Assembly: GCA_000434035.1 (NCBI GenBank)
Contig: FR893524.1
Coordinates: 24,201 to 88,200, forward strand
Length of the DNA: 64,000 bases
Direction: 5' to 3'
Source of the DNA: Clostridium sp. CAG:452
GTDB lineage: Bacteria; Bacillota; Clostridia; TANB77; CAG-508
Shown: positions 9,592-20,205 of the stretch, piece after piece
Layout: each line of letters starts with the position of its first letter
How positions within the stretch are numbered: the stretch's first letter is position 1
Translations under genes and position numbers: made by a program
The notes under the pieces: model-generated
Database searches by the model: none
Told to the model about the DNA's origin: nothing
What the model saw: only the letters and a program-made list of their open reading frames with translations

Positions 9592-12480
9592 ATGGGGGTG
9601 ATACTATTGGGTAAAATAAAAATACATGAAATAGCAAAAAAATTAGGTGTTAATAGTAAAGACGTATTAGAAAAAGCACAAGAATTAGGATTAGATGTAA
9701 AAACACATATGAGTAGTGTTGATGAGAGTGAGGCAAAGAAAATAGAAGCAAAGTTTTCAAATAATAATACAAAAAAAGAGGTAAGAGAAAAAAGAGACAA
9801 TCCAGTTATAATTAGAAGAGAAGTAATTATGACTGATTCTGATGCAACAAAAAAAGAAGAAATAAAAAAAGAACAAACAAAAAGAGATAGAGATGTTGGC
9901 TTTATAGAAAGACAAAGAAAAACAGATTACAATATTGTTTATAGAAATAAACCTACAAAACCTCTTACAGTAAGCGAACTATTTGGAAAAAAAGAAGAAC
10001 CTAAAAAAGAACCTGCAAAACCAGTAGTAGAAAAACCAGAAGTAGCAGAAAAAGAAGAAAAGAAAGTAGAAGTTACACCACTTGAAAAAAATGAAGAAAA
10101 GAAAACAGAAAATGCAAATAAAGAGCAAGTAAAAAAAGTTGAACCAATAAACCAAAAACCGGTACAACAAAGACCTGCTAATAGAGAATTTAATAGAGAT
10201 AATCAAAGACCATACAACAGAGAAAATGGACAAAGACCTTATAATAGAGATGGACAAAACAATAGACCATTTAACAGAGATGGGCAAAGACCTTTCAATA
10301 GAGATGGACAAAACAATAGACCATTTAATAGAGATGGACAAAGACCTTTCAACAATAATAGAAACCAAGGAAATTTTGGCGGAAGAAGACCATTAGATGA
10401 AAGAGGAATTGAGAAAAACATAAAAAATATAATGGCTTCAGATGTAGTAGAAAAAGAAAATGTAAGAGAATACGCAAATAAAGCAATAGATAAACAAAAA
10501 AACAACAGATATGAGGAAAAATCGAATAAAAAAGCTTCAAAATCAAGAAGAAATGATTTTGAAGAAATAAGCAGTCATAAATTAAAAGACTTAAAACAAG
10601 AGAACAGATTATCAAATATGTTTGATGAAGGTTCTATGTTAGACTATTATGATTTAACAACAACAAGAGGAAGAAGAGGAAAGAAAAAATTACAACAAGG
10701 TGAAAACAGAGTAAAACAAAAAATATTTGATTTAACAGATATAACAATACCAGAAACAATAACAGTAAAAGATTTAAGTGCAGAACTTAAAAAAACTAGT
10801 GGAGAAATTATAAAAAAACTATTAGGCTATGGAATAATGGCAACAATAAACAATGAAATTGACTTTGATACAGCATTCTTAATAGCAGGAGAGTTTGGAG
10901 TAACTGCTCATAAAAAAGAAGTAGTTACAGATGAAGATATTTTATTTGATGATAGTGAAGACAAAGAAGAAGACTTAAAACCAAGACCACCAGTAATTGT
11001 TGTTATGGGACACGTTGACCATGGAAAAACTTCTTTACTAGATGCAGTAAGGTCTACAAATGTAATAGAAGGAGAAGCAGGAGGAATTACACAAGCGATA
11101 GGTGCATATAAGGTAGAAATAAATGGTAGAGAGATTACATTCTTAGATACACCAGGACACGAAGCATTTACAGCAATGAGAGCAAGAGGTGCTCAAATAA
11201 CAGATATAGCAATATTGGTAGTTGCTGCAAATGATGGAGTAATGCCACAAACAATAGAAGCAATAGACCATGCAAAAGCTGCTGGAATACCAATTATTGT
11301 TGCAATAAACAAAATAGATGTAGAAGGAGCAAATCCAGATAAAGTAAAACAAGAACTTGCAGAATATGGATTAGTTTCAGAAGATTGGGGAGGAGATACT
11401 ATCTTTGTTCCAATCTCAGCAAAGAAAAAAATAAATATAGATAATTTGTTGGAAATGGTACTTTTAGTTGCAGATATGAAAGAACTAAAAGCAAACCCAA
11501 ATAAGCAAGCAAAAGGTGTAGTAATAGAAGCAAAACTAGATAAATCAAAAGGGCCAGTAGCAACAATGCTTGTACAACGTGGTACATTAGACATAGGAGA
11601 TACAATTTTAGTAGGATCAGTTATAGGTAGAATAAGAACAATGACAGATGATAAAGGGCACAAAGTAAAAAAAGCTGGACCATCAACACCAGTAGAAATA
11701 ACAGGTTTAACAGAAGTGCCAGAAGCAGGAGACACATTCTACGAAGTAAAAGATGAAAAAACTGCGAAACACTTAATGGAAAGAAGAAAACGTCAAGCAA
11801 GAGATAAAGCCTTAAAAGCATCATCAAGAGTTACATTAGATGATTTATTTAGCCAAATAGAAAAAGGAAACCTAAAACAATTAAATATTATAGTAAAAGC
11901 AGATGTACAAGGTTCAGTAGAAGCTGTAAAACAAGCATTAGAAAAACTATCAAACGATGAAGTAAAAGTTAAAGTAATACATGCAAATGTTGGAGCAATA
12001 ACAGAAAGCGATGTTACACTTGCAAATGTATCAAATGCAATAATTATAGGATTTAATGTAAGACCACAACCAATAGCAAAAGATATGGCAGATAAAGAAA
12101 ACGTAGAAATAAAAACATATTCTGTAATATACAATGCAATAGAAGACGTAGAAGCAGCTATGAAGGGAATGTTAGACCCAGTATTTAAAGAAGTAGTAAT
12201 AGGAAATGCAGAAGTTAGACAAACATTTAAAATTTCAGATGTTGGTACTATTGCTGGATGCTATGTAACAAATGGTAAAGTTGCAAGAAATGCAGGAGTA
12301 AGAGTATTAAGAGATAATGTTGTAATACATGATGGTAAACTAATCTCATTAAAGAGAATGAAAGATGATGCAAAAGAAGTTGCAAAAGGATTTGAATGTG
12401 GAATTCAAATAGAAAACTTTAATGATATTAAAGAGGGAGATATTATTGAGGCATATATTATGGAACAAGTGAAACAATAA
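9592..12480 (+). CDS. infB: Translation initiation factor IF-2
   Basis: Contains the GTPase motifs [17 protein letters not shown] and NKID, plus a long low-complexity N-terminal linker. Confidence 0.95.
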   Translation: MGVILLGKIKIHEIAKKLGVNSKDVLEKAQELGLDVKTHMSSVDESEAKKIEAKFSNNNTKKEVREKRDNPVIIRREVIMTDSDATKKEEIKKEQTKRDRDVGFIERQRKTDYNIVYRNKPTKPLTVSELFGKKEEPKKEPAKPVVEKPEVAEKEEKKVEVTPLEKNEEKKTENANKEQVKKVEPINQKPVQQRPANREFNRDNQRPYNRENGQRPYNRDGQNNRPFNRDGQRPFNRDGQNNRPFNRDGQRPFNNNRNQGNFGGRRPLDERGIEKNIKNIMASDVVEKENVREYANKAIDKQKNNRYEEKSNKKASKSRRNDFEEISSHKLKDLKQENRLSNMFDEGSMLDYYDLTTTRGRRGKKKLQQGENRVKQKIFDLTDITIPETITVKDLSAELKKTSGEIIKKLLGYGIMATINNEIDFDTAFLIAGEFGVTAHKKEVVTDEDILFDDSEDKEEDLKPRPPVIVVMGHVDHGKTSLLDAVRSTNVIEGEAGGITQAIGAYKVEINGREITFLDTPGHEAFTAMRARGAQITDIAILVVAANDGVMPQTIEAIDHAKAAGIPIIVAINKIDVEGANPDKVKQELAEYGLVSEDWGGDTIFVPISAKKKINIDNLLEMVLLVADMKELKANPNKQAKGVVIEAKLDKSKGPVATMLVQRGTLDIGDTILVGSVIGRIRTMTDDKGHKVKKAGPSTPVEITGLTEVPEAGDTFYEVKDEKTAKHLMERRKRQARDKALKASSRVTLDDLFSQIEKGNLKQLNIIVKADVQGSVEAVKQALEKLSNDEVKVKVIHANVGAITESDVTLANVSNAIIIGFNVRPQPIAKDMADKENVEIKTYSVIYNAIEDVEAAMKGMLDPVFKEVVIGNAEVRQTFKISDVGTIAGCYVTNGKVARNAGVRVLRDNVVIHDGKLISLKRMKDDAKEVAKGFECGIQIENFNDIKEGDIIEAYIMEQVKQ
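10243..10350 (+). repeat. Tandem 54-bp x2 in-frame repeat ([18 protein letters not shown]) inside infB; degenerate copies from ~10183
   Basis: Units 10243..10296 and 10297..10350 are nearly identical when read directly. Confidence 0.85.
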
Positions 12481-12486
12481 TGCATT

Positions 12487-12610
12487 GTAAACGAACAAAA
12501 TCAGGCATCTTGCGTTGTCAAACTTCGTAAAAATTTTTGCAACATACAGCGTATAGTCTTAAAAATTTTTACTTGTTTTCCTAGCAATATACCTAATTTA
12601 TTTCGTTTAC
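12487..12610. repeat. 124-nt imperfect palindrome between infB and rbfA
   Basis: The ends gtaaacgaa / ttcgtttac and the inner gtaaaaattttt / aaaaatttttac are perfect. The arms are about 70% complementary. Confidence 0.6.
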
Positions 12611-12644
12611 TACTAGTATTAAAGAAAGCAATAAAGGAGATAAA

Positions 12645-13019
12645 ATGAATAAACCAAAAGGTGGAGGAAACCGATTAAATAGGATAAATGAAGAATTAAA
12701 AAGGGAAATAAGTAATATAATTAACTATGAAGTTACAAATTCAAATGTAACAGGAATGGTCAGTGTAACTTCTGTAAAAATTTCCCCAGATTTAAGATAT
12801 GCAAAAGTTAAAGTTAGCATATTAAATTCTAGAAATGTTAAACAAACATTGGCAGGTTTAAAATCTTCTTCTGGATTTATAAGAAGTAGAATTGCTCAAA
12901 GTGTTAACTTAAGGGTAACGCCAGAATTAGTTTTTGAGTTAGACGATTCAATGGAATATGGAGAAAGAATAGACACAATTCTAAAAGACATAATGAAAGA
13001 TATTAAACCAAATGAATAA
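12645..13019 (+). CDS. rbfA: Ribosome-binding factor A
   Basis: Contains RINEELKREISNII...VTSVKISPDLRYAKV and follows infB. Confidence 0.9.
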   Translation: MNKPKGGGNRLNRINEELKREISNIINYEVTNSNVTGMVSVTSVKISPDLRYAKVKVSILNSRNVKQTLAGLKSSSGFIRSRIAQSVNLRVTPELVFELDDSMEYGERIDTILKDIMKDIKPNE

Positions 13020-13031
13020 AGGAGATTAAAT

Positions 13032-13982
13032 ATGACCCTAGATAATATTATAGAAGAAATAAATAATGCATCAAGCATAGTAATATTAACACATGAAAAC
13101 CCAGATGGAGATGCAATAGGAAGCAGTTTGGCACTATATAATGGACTAAAACAATTAGAAAAAAATGCTGACGTTATAATACCAGAATACTCAAATACAT
13201 ATAAGTTTTTACCAAATGCAAGTGATATAAAAAAAGAAGGAAATGCAGATTCATATGATTTAGCAATAGCATTAGATTGTGGAGATATAAAAAGATTAAA
13301 TGGATTTGCAAAATATTTTGAAGACGCAAATACAAAAATATCAATAGATCATCATAGTGCAAATACAATGTTTGCAGATTATAACTTTGTAAATCCAGCA
13401 GCTCCAGCGTGTTGCCAAATATTAATTACAGTTTTAGAAGCACTAGGAGTAACAATTAATAAAGAAATAGGTACATGTTTACTAACAGGAATAATTACAG
13501 ACACAGGCGGATTTAAGTATTCAGGGGTAACAGCAGAAACTTTTGAATTTACAGCAGAGCTATTAAATAAAGGAGTAAAAGTATCAGACATATATAAAAG
13601 AGTAATGCAAACAATATCAAAAACTCAATTTGAATTAAGAAGAATTGCAATGAATAGAATAGAGTTTTTTGAAGATGGAAAGATTACATTTACATACATA
13701 ACAAAAGAAGATGAAGATAAAGTAAATGCAGGAATAAATGATTACGATGGAATAGTAGAAATGGGAAGAGATATAGAAGGCGTAGAAGTATCAATATTCT
13801 TTAGAGAGAAAGATGATGGATATAAAATTTCTTTACGTTCAAACGACTATGTTAATGTTTCTGACATATGCTTAATGTTTTCAGGCGGAGGTCATATAAG
13901 AGCCGCTGGAGGTAGCATAAACTTACCATTTGAACAAGCAAAGCAAAAAGTAATAGAAGAATGTAAAAAATACTTAAAATAA
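13032..13982 (+). CDS. nrnA: DHH/DHHA1 phosphoesterase (oligoribonuclease/pAp phosphatase NrnA-like)
   Basis: Contains HENPDGDAIGS, DHH, ITDTGGF and GGGH motifs. Confidence 0.85.
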   Translation: MTLDNIIEEINNASSIVILTHENPDGDAIGSSLALYNGLKQLEKNADVIIPEYSNTYKFLPNASDIKKEGNADSYDLAIALDCGDIKRLNGFAKYFEDANTKISIDHHSANTMFADYNFVNPAAPACCQILITVLEALGVTINKEIGTCLLTGIITDTGGFKYSGVTAETFEFTAELLNKGVKVSDIYKRVMQTISKTQFELRRIAMNRIEFFEDGKITFTYITKEDEDKVNAGINDYDGIVEMGRDIEGVEVSIFFREKDDGYKISLRSNDYVNVSDICLMFSGGGHIRAAGGSINLPFEQAKQKVIEECKKYLK

Positions 13983-13991
13983 GGGGAATAA

Positions 13992-14843
13992 ATGGACGGA
14001 CTAATCTTAATAAACAAGCAAAAAGGTTTTACTTCACATGACGTTGTAAATGTTATAAGAAAAAAATTAAATACTAAAAAAGTAGGACACACCGGTACAC
14101 TAGATCCAAATGCTACCGGTGTTTTGCCAATTTTAATAGGAAAAGGAACAAAAATTTCTAAATACCTAATGGAACATGATAAAACATATATAGCTACACT
14201 TAAATTGGGAGAAAAGACAGATACAGGAGATAGCGAAGGACAAGTTATAGAAGAAAAATCAATACCAAAAGATTTAAGAAAAGAAGATATAAATGATGTC
14301 CTACAAAGTTTCTTGGGAAAACAAAAACAACTACCACCAATGTATTCAGCAATTAAAATAAATGGAAAAAAACTTTATGAGTATGCAAGAGAAGGAAAAG
14401 AAGTTAAAATCGAACCTAGAAACATAGAAATATATAAAATAGAATTATTAGAATATCAAAACAATAAAATAAAATTTGAAGTAGAATGCTCAAAAGGAAC
14501 TTATATAAGAACACTATGTGAGGATATATCTCAAAAGCTTGGAACAGTAGGATATATGGAAGAATTACAAAGAACAAAAGTAAACACCTTTAAAATAGAA
14601 GATTCAATTTTACTAGATGATATAACATTAGAAAATGCAGAAAAAAACATAATAAAAATAGAAAAAGTTTTTAAAGAAAAAGATAAAATCAATTTAGATA
14701 ATAAAAAATTAGAAATGTTTTTGAATGGAGTAAAACTAACATATAGTTTATCAGAAGATATATATAGAATATATAATAATGAACATTTTATAGGGATAGG
14801 GATACTAAAAAATGGATTATTAAAAAGAGATATAGTAATTTAA
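13992..14843 (+). CDS. truB: tRNA pseudouridine(55) synthase TruB
   Basis: Contains GFTSHDVV...VGHTGTLDPNATGVLPI and PPMYSAIK. Confidence 0.9.
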   Translation: MDGLILINKQKGFTSHDVVNVIRKKLNTKKVGHTGTLDPNATGVLPILIGKGTKISKYLMEHDKTYIATLKLGEKTDTGDSEGQVIEEKSIPKDLRKEDINDVLQSFLGKQKQLPPMYSAIKINGKKLYEYAREGKEVKIEPRNIEIYKIELLEYQNNKIKFEVECSKGTYIRTLCEDISQKLGTVGYMEELQRTKVNTFKIEDSILLDDITLENAEKNIIKIEKVFKEKDKINLDNKKLEMFLNGVKLTYSLSEDIYRIYNNEHFIGIGILKNGLLKRDIVI

Positions 14844-14897
14844 AAAACTTTATGATAGAATTAAATAAATTAAAATTAATATATAGGGGGAATACAT

Positions 14898-15368
14898 ATG
14901 ATGAGCACAGTTAGCTATTTAATTACAATGGCTGGAGGAATGTTTTGGATTTTTAGAGTTGTTGTTGCACTTTTAGACAGTATGCAAAAAGATTTTCCAA
15001 TTAAACCACTAAATCCAACAATAGAAATAATATTATTATTTGTAACACTAATATGTTTAGTACTTATTGTAAAAAGAAAACTTATAGGAGCATTGATTTA
15101 TTTTGTATCTTATGGATTATACTTTGGAACAGATATATACAATCAAATTACAGCAATAACAAGCGGACAAACGGAAATTACAGAATATGCAACATTGTTT
15201 GTTTCAATAATAGGTGTATTTATAGCGATTTTAACAGTATTAGATATTGCAATAAATAAAGATAGAAAAAGTGCTGCAAGAAATAAAAGGACAGACTGGT
15301 TCTATGGAAACGAGGAGTATGAAAGAAAGCTAGATGACAGAGCAGACAAAAATCAATACAAATTTTAA
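14898..15368 (+). CDS. Hypothetical membrane protein (4 TM)
   Basis: Hydrophobic segments; RBS taggggg. Confidence 0.5.
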   Translation: MMSTVSYLITMAGGMFWIFRVVVALLDSMQKDFPIKPLNPTIEIILLFVTLICLVLIVKRKLIGALIYFVSYGLYFGTDIYNQITAITSGQTEITEYATLFVSIIGVFIAILTVLDIAINKDRKSAARNKRTDWFYGNEEYERKLDDRADKNQYKF

Positions 15369-15444
15369 ATAATTTGTAAATTAATGTTGAAGAAAATACT
15401 TTTATATATTATTATAATTATATATAAAAGAAAGGGGGATATAA

Positions 15445-15879
15445 ATGGAGGATTTATATTACTATTCGTATACAGCAGATATACCTGCTACCACAACAGC
15501 AACATTAGGTGCAATGCTTGGAACGTATTCTGCTATTGTTATAGTTTTTTATGTATTGCTTGTTATTGCTCAATGGAAGATTTTCACAAAGGCTGGAGAA
15601 GCTGGATGGAAGTCGTTAATACCAATTTACAATATGGTTGTACTTTATAAAATTATAGGTTTATCACCATGGCTACTATTAATCTATTTAGCAGGTATAA
15701 TACCAGTTGTAGGTTATATAGCTACATTAGTGCTTTCAATAATATCAATGGTTAAACTTGGACAAGCATTTGGCAAAGGTGCAGGATTTATAGTTGGTTT
15801 AGTTTTTTTAACACCAATATTCCAAATGATATTAGGATTTGGTAGTGCAGAATATGTTGGACCACAATCTAATAGTTAA
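15445..15879 (+). CDS. DUF5684-like membrane protein
   Basis: Contains the WKIFTKAGEAGWKSLIPIYN motif typical of that family. Confidence 0.6.
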   Translation: MEDLYYYSYTADIPATTTATLGAMLGTYSAIVIVFYVLLVIAQWKIFTKAGEAGWKSLIPIYNMVVLYKIIGLSPWLLLIYLAGIIPVVGYIATLVLSIISMVKLGQAFGKGAGFIVGLVFLTPIFQMILGFGSAEYVGPQSNS

Positions 15880-15971
15880 AAATAAACTAAAAAAGGCAGA
15901 AATGCCTTTTTTGTTTTAAAAACCCCAAGAATGTATGAATATAAAGAACAAAAAAACGAGGAGAAAAAGAT

Positions 15972-16226
15972 ATGAAAGAGAGAATAGTAAAACCATTTAC
16001 AATGTGGAAACACTTTAAAGGAACAAGAGCTTTTGTAATTACAGTAGCAGAACATAGTGAGACAGGAGAAAAATTGGTTGTTTATCGTTGTATGGATAAC
16101 AATGGAAAAACTAATCATAAAGACGGAATTTATGTAAGACCATTGAATATGTTCCTATCAGAAGTAGACCATAAAAAATATCCAGATGTTACTCAAAAAT
16201 ATCGCTTTGAAGAGATTATAGATTAA
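15972..16226 (+). CDS. DUF1653 domain protein
   Basis: Contains WKHFKGTRAFVITVAEHSETGEKLVVY...YVRPLNMF. Confidence 0.6.
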   Translation: MKERIVKPFTMWKHFKGTRAFVITVAEHSETGEKLVVYRCMDNNGKTNHKDGIYVRPLNMFLSEVDHKKYPDVTQKYRFEEIID

Positions 16227-16245
16227 AAATGAGTAGAAGACTATA

Positions 16246-16272
16246 GCAAGTGATTAGTTGAAAATCACTTGC
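16246..16272 (+). terminator. Hairpin gcaagtgatt...aatcacttgc followed by a T tract
   Basis: Read directly. Confidence 0.7.
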
Positions 16273-16319
16273 TTTTATGTTAAAATATAAAAGTATTAAA
16301 TAAAAATAAGGTGAAAAAT

Positions 16320-17216
16320 ATGAATGAAAATAAAACTAATATAAATTGGTATCCAGGGCATATGTTAAAAACAAAAAAACAAATAATTGAAGATTTGAAA
16401 TTAATAGATGTAGTTGTAGAATTACTAGATGCACGTATACCAAAATCAAGTAGAAATCCAGATATACAAAAAATAGTACAAAACAAAAAAAGAATAGTAC
16501 TATTAAATAAAAGTGACTTGGCAGAAGATAGAGAAACTAAAAAATGGATTGAGTATTACAAAAATAATAATGTAACTGCAATTGCATGCGATGCAAATTT
16601 AGGAAAAGGAATAAAAGAAATCTTAAATCAAATAGAAAAATCTGTAGAAGAAGAAACTCAAAAAGCAGCATTAAAAGGTAGAGTAAAGAAAAATATAAGA
16701 GTTGTAATACTTGGAATACCAAATGTAGGAAAGTCATCATTAATAAACAGGCTATGCAATAAAAAAACAACTATTGTAGGAAACAAACCAGGTGTTACGA
16801 AACAAAAACAATGGGTAAGAATAGCAAATAATATAGAATTGCTGGATACACCTGGTGTTCTATGGCCAAAGTTTGAGGATGAAACTGTTGCACTAAATTT
16901 AGCATACACAGGCTCAATAAAAGATGAAGTGCTAGAAACAATAGAAGTAGCATTCAAGCTATTAATATATTTATATAATAATTATAAAGCAAATTTATTG
17001 GAAAGATATAAAATAACAGAAAGCGAATTAGACCAAATAGATTCAGAAGACGAAAATGAGAAACTATATAATCTTATGAAACTAATAGGAAGAAAAAGAG
17101 GAGCCGTTATATCTGGTGGAGAGATAGATGATGAAAAAACTGCAAAAATAATACTAAATGATTTTAGAAGCGGAAAATTAGGAAAAATAACATTGGAGAA
17201 GGTAAATGAAAAGTAA
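16320..17216 (+). CDS. rbgA: Ribosome biogenesis GTPase A (YlqF/RbgA)
   Basis: Contains INWYPGHM and circularly permuted GTPase motifs (NKSD ... GIPNVGKSS ... DTPG). Confidence 0.9.
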   Translation: MNENKTNINWYPGHMLKTKKQIIEDLKLIDVVVELLDARIPKSSRNPDIQKIVQNKKRIVLLNKSDLAEDRETKKWIEYYKNNNVTAIACDANLGKGIKEILNQIEKSVEEETQKAALKGRVKKNIRVVILGIPNVGKSSLINRLCNKKTTIVGNKPGVTKQKQWVRIANNIELLDTPGVLWPKFEDETVALNLAYTGSIKDEVLETIEVAFKLLIYLYNNYKANLLERYKITESELDQIDSEDENEKLYNLMKLIGRKRGAVISGGEIDDEKTAKIILNDFRSGKLGKITLEKVNEK

Positions 17217-17583
17217 AGAAGAAGTAAATTTAATGTCGCCACTTGTTTGGGCTTATGTTGGAGATAGTGTTTATGAGTTATATATAAGAGAAAAACTTGT
17301 AAATGCAACAAATTTAAAACCACACAAATTACATATAGAAACAATTAAATATGTAAAAGCCAAAGCGCAAGCGGATACATTAGAAAAAATAAAAGAATAT
17401 TTAACGCAAGAGGAATTAGAAATTGTTAGAAGAACTAGAAATACTCAAAATCATCATTTGCCTAAAAATGCGGATCCAACAGATTACATGTATGCTACGG
17501 CATTTGAAGGATTAATAGGATATTTATATTTGAGTGGACAAAAAGAAAGATTAGATGAAATATTAAGTAAATGCATAAATTAA
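17206..17583 (+). CDS. mrnC: Mini-ribonuclease 3
   Basis: Contains LVWAYVGDSVYELYIR...AFEGLIGYLYL. Confidence 0.85.
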   Translation: MKSKEEVNLMSPLVWAYVGDSVYELYIREKLVNATNLKPHKLHIETIKYVKAKAQADTLEKIKEYLTQEELEIVRRTRNTQNHHLPKNADPTDYMYATAFEGLIGYLYLSGQKERLDEILSKCIN

Positions 17584-17590
17584 TATAATT

Positions 17591-17617
17591 AAACAGGCGA
17601 CCATTGATCGCCTGTTT
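17591..17617 (+). terminator. Hairpin aaacaggcga...tcgcctgttt followed by a T tract
   Basis: Read directly. Confidence 0.75.
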
Positions 17618-17666
17618 TTAAAACATTATATACTTTTTACTATTCACTCTTGCCATAAAACAAGTG

Positions 17667-17741
17667 TGGTGACCCCTACGGGAATCGAACCCATGATTCA
17701 GCCTTGAGAGGGCTGCGTCTTAACCGCTTGACCAAGGGGCC
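17667..17741 (-). tRNA. tRNA-Glu (anticodon CUC), CCA encoded
   Basis: The reverse complement is GGCCCCTTGGTCAAGCGGTTAAGACGCAGCCCTCTCAAGGCTGAATCATGGGTTCGATTCCCGTAGGGGTCACCA. The cloverleaf was folded by hand. Confidence 0.85.
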
Positions 17742-17893
17742 AAATAAACGTACACTTATTTATAACATTTTTTATATACATTGTCAACACAAAAAAAGGA
17801 ATTTTATGTATTAAGAATACTCAAAAATTGTGGTTTACAATTATTGCAATTTGTTATATAATATTAAAATAAGTTTTTAAGGAGATGAAGCAT

Positions 17894-19390
17894 ATGGCAG
17901 AAAATATTGAAAATAACCAAGAACAATTAGATGAGAATCATTTAATAGCAATTAGAAAAGAAAAATTAAGAGAATTACAAGAACAAGGGAAAGACCCATT
18001 TAAAGTAACAAAATATAATAGAACACATTTAAGCCAAGAAATAAAAGATAATTATGAAGAATTAGAAGGAAAAGACGTTTCTGTAGCAGGAAGAATAATG
18101 GCAAAAAGAATAATGGGGAAAGCATCTTTTTGTACTATTCAAGATGCAAAAGGAAAAATTCAAAGTTATGTTAGTATAAATGACTTAGGAGAAGAAAGCT
18201 ATTCTGCATTTAAAACATATGATATAGGAGATATAATCGGAATAAAAGGATTTGTATTTAAAACAAGAACAGAAGAAATTTCTGTACATGCAAAAGAAGT
18301 AGTACTTCTTACAAAATCTTTAAGACCACTTCCAGAAAAATTCCATGGATTAACAGATAAAGAAGAAAGATATAGAAGAAGATATGTTGACCTAATAATG
18401 AATGAAGAAGCTAAAAGAGTTGCATTCTTACGTCCAAAAATTATTAGATGTATACAAAACTTTATGGATGGAGAAGGATTTACAGAAGTTGAAACACCAG
18501 TATTAACAACACTTTTAACAGGTGCTTCTGCAAGACCATTTGTTACACACCATAATGCACAAAATTTAGATATGTATCTTCGTATTGCATTAGAATTACC
18601 ACTTAAAAGATTACTAGTAGGTGGAATGGAAGCTGTATACGAAATAGGTAGAGTATTTAGAAATGAAGGAATGGACTTAAAACATAATCCAGAATTTACA
18701 TTAATGGAAGCTTATTTAGCATATTCTAATTTAGAGGGAATGATGGATTTAACTGAAAAAATGTTCCAAAAAATTGCAAAAGATGTAACAGGAAAAATGA
18801 TATATAATTGGAGCGGAAATGAAATTAACCTTGAAGGACCATGGAAAAGAATTAGTATGACTGATGCAATTAAGGAACAAACAGGAATTGACTTTAAAAA
18901 GATTACAGATATAAATGAATGCTTAAAACTAGCAGAAGAACATAATATAGAACTAGAAGAACACGAAAAAACTTACGGACATATAATAAATGCATTCTTT
19001 GAAAAATATGTTGAAGAAACACTAATTCAACCAACATTTTTATACGGACATCCATTAGAAATATCACCACTTACAAAGAAAAATCCAGAAGACCCAAGAT
19101 TTGTAGATAGATTTGAGTTATTTATAGCAGGAAAAGAATTTGCTAATGCATACACAGAACTTAATGACCCAATTGATCAGCTAGAAAGATTTGAAGCTCA
19201 ATTAAAAGAAAGAGAACTTGGAAATGATGAGGCAAATGATATAGATATGGACTTTATTGAAGCACTAGAATATGGTATGCCACCAGCAGGCGGAATTGGA
19301 TACGGAATAGATAGATTATGCATGCTATTCACAGAAAGTGAATCAATAAGGGACGTAATATTGTTCCCAACAATGAAACCATTAGCATAG
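17894..19390 (+). CDS. lysS: Lysine--tRNA ligase (class II)
   Basis: Has an OB-fold N-terminal domain and class II motifs ([15 protein letters not shown]). The ATG at 17894 has the best spacing from AAGGAG. Confidence 0.95.
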   Translation: MAENIENNQEQLDENHLIAIRKEKLRELQEQGKDPFKVTKYNRTHLSQEIKDNYEELEGKDVSVAGRIMAKRIMGKASFCTIQDAKGKIQSYVSINDLGEESYSAFKTYDIGDIIGIKGFVFKTRTEEISVHAKEVVLLTKSLRPLPEKFHGLTDKEERYRRRYVDLIMNEEAKRVAFLRPKIIRCIQNFMDGEGFTEVETPVLTTLLTGASARPFVTHHNAQNLDMYLRIALELPLKRLLVGGMEAVYEIGRVFRNEGMDLKHNPEFTLMEAYLAYSNLEGMMDLTEKMFQKIAKDVTGKMIYNWSGNEINLEGPWKRISMTDAIKEQTGIDFKKITDINECLKLAEEHNIELEEHEKTYGHIINAFFEKYVEETLIQPTFLYGHPLEISPLTKKNPEDPRFVDRFELFIAGKEFANAYTELNDPIDQLERFEAQLKERELGNDEANDIDMDFIEALEYGMPPAGGIGYGIDRLCMLFTESESIRDVILFPTMKPLA

Positions 19391-19849
19391 AACATTTAAG
19401 TATTTTAATAAAACCTAATAAATTTTAAAAAAGCTGATATAAATAAGCTTCGCCTAGCCTTTACAAAATTTTAAAAGCACATATATTTTGGCTAAAAGGA
19501 TACATAATTAATTTAGTCTAAAGTGGGTGGAACATATTTTGCAGAAATGATTTAATATCAACACTTTATAGAGCAGATAATTTTCAATTATCCGCTTTTA
19601 TATGTAGATAAAACTAGCAAATACGGATTGGAATCTATTTCACATATTAAATATTTAATTAAAGCAAATAATAGTCAAATAACTGATTCAGAAATTGATA
19701 CATTATTAGAAGATACAAGGCAAAAGAAAATAGTTATTACAGAAAAAGGAAAAAAATTCAAAAAGAATCTTTTGAAAAAGTACAAGAATTTGAAAAACGA
19801 TTAAGTGATAGTTTAACATCAATATTTGTAACATTAGAAATTCAAAAGC

Positions 19850-19961
19850 TATTATGGTTATGGATCACGAAAAGATAATTGAAAGAGGAAATCATGAAGA
19901 TTTAATGCGTGGGAAAGATCAATATTATCAATTATATACAGGAGCTTTTGAATTAGAATAA
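19850..19961 (+). pseudogene. 3' remnant of an ABC exporter ATPase
   Basis: Reads IMVMDHEKIIERGNHEDLMRGKDQYYQLYTGAFELE*, a typical MsbA/LmrA-type C-terminus. No upstream gene body remains. Confidence 0.55.
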
Positions 19962-20205
19962 ATTATTTAAAAGGAAATATATGAAGTTAAATGGCTTTAA
20001 AAACATATGTCTTTTGTGTTATAATATACTCTAGAAATTATAATTTATAAACGAAACTAATAAGTATAGAAAAATGGAAATGTTCTAGATATGGATATAA
20101 AAAGTTATATAAGACAAAAACATCAACAAGAATAAATATATTTGATTTCTTGACAAAGTAATAAAAATTTAATTAGTAACTATCTATATATCTTGGAGGT
20201 GTGAT

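Noticed and set aside
15053-15650. Track ORFs 15053..15259 and 15384..15650.
   Set aside because: They are alternative-frame ORFs inside or overlapping the better-supported membrane protein genes 14898..15368 and 15445..15879. They have no RBS and give Cys/Asn/Tyr-rich nonsense translations.
17742-17893. Possible T-box leader upstream of lysS.
   Set aside because: The spacer is too short (~150 nt, including the promoter). It has no specifier-loop/T-box (AGGGTGGTACCGCG-like) sequence and no terminator/antiterminator pair.
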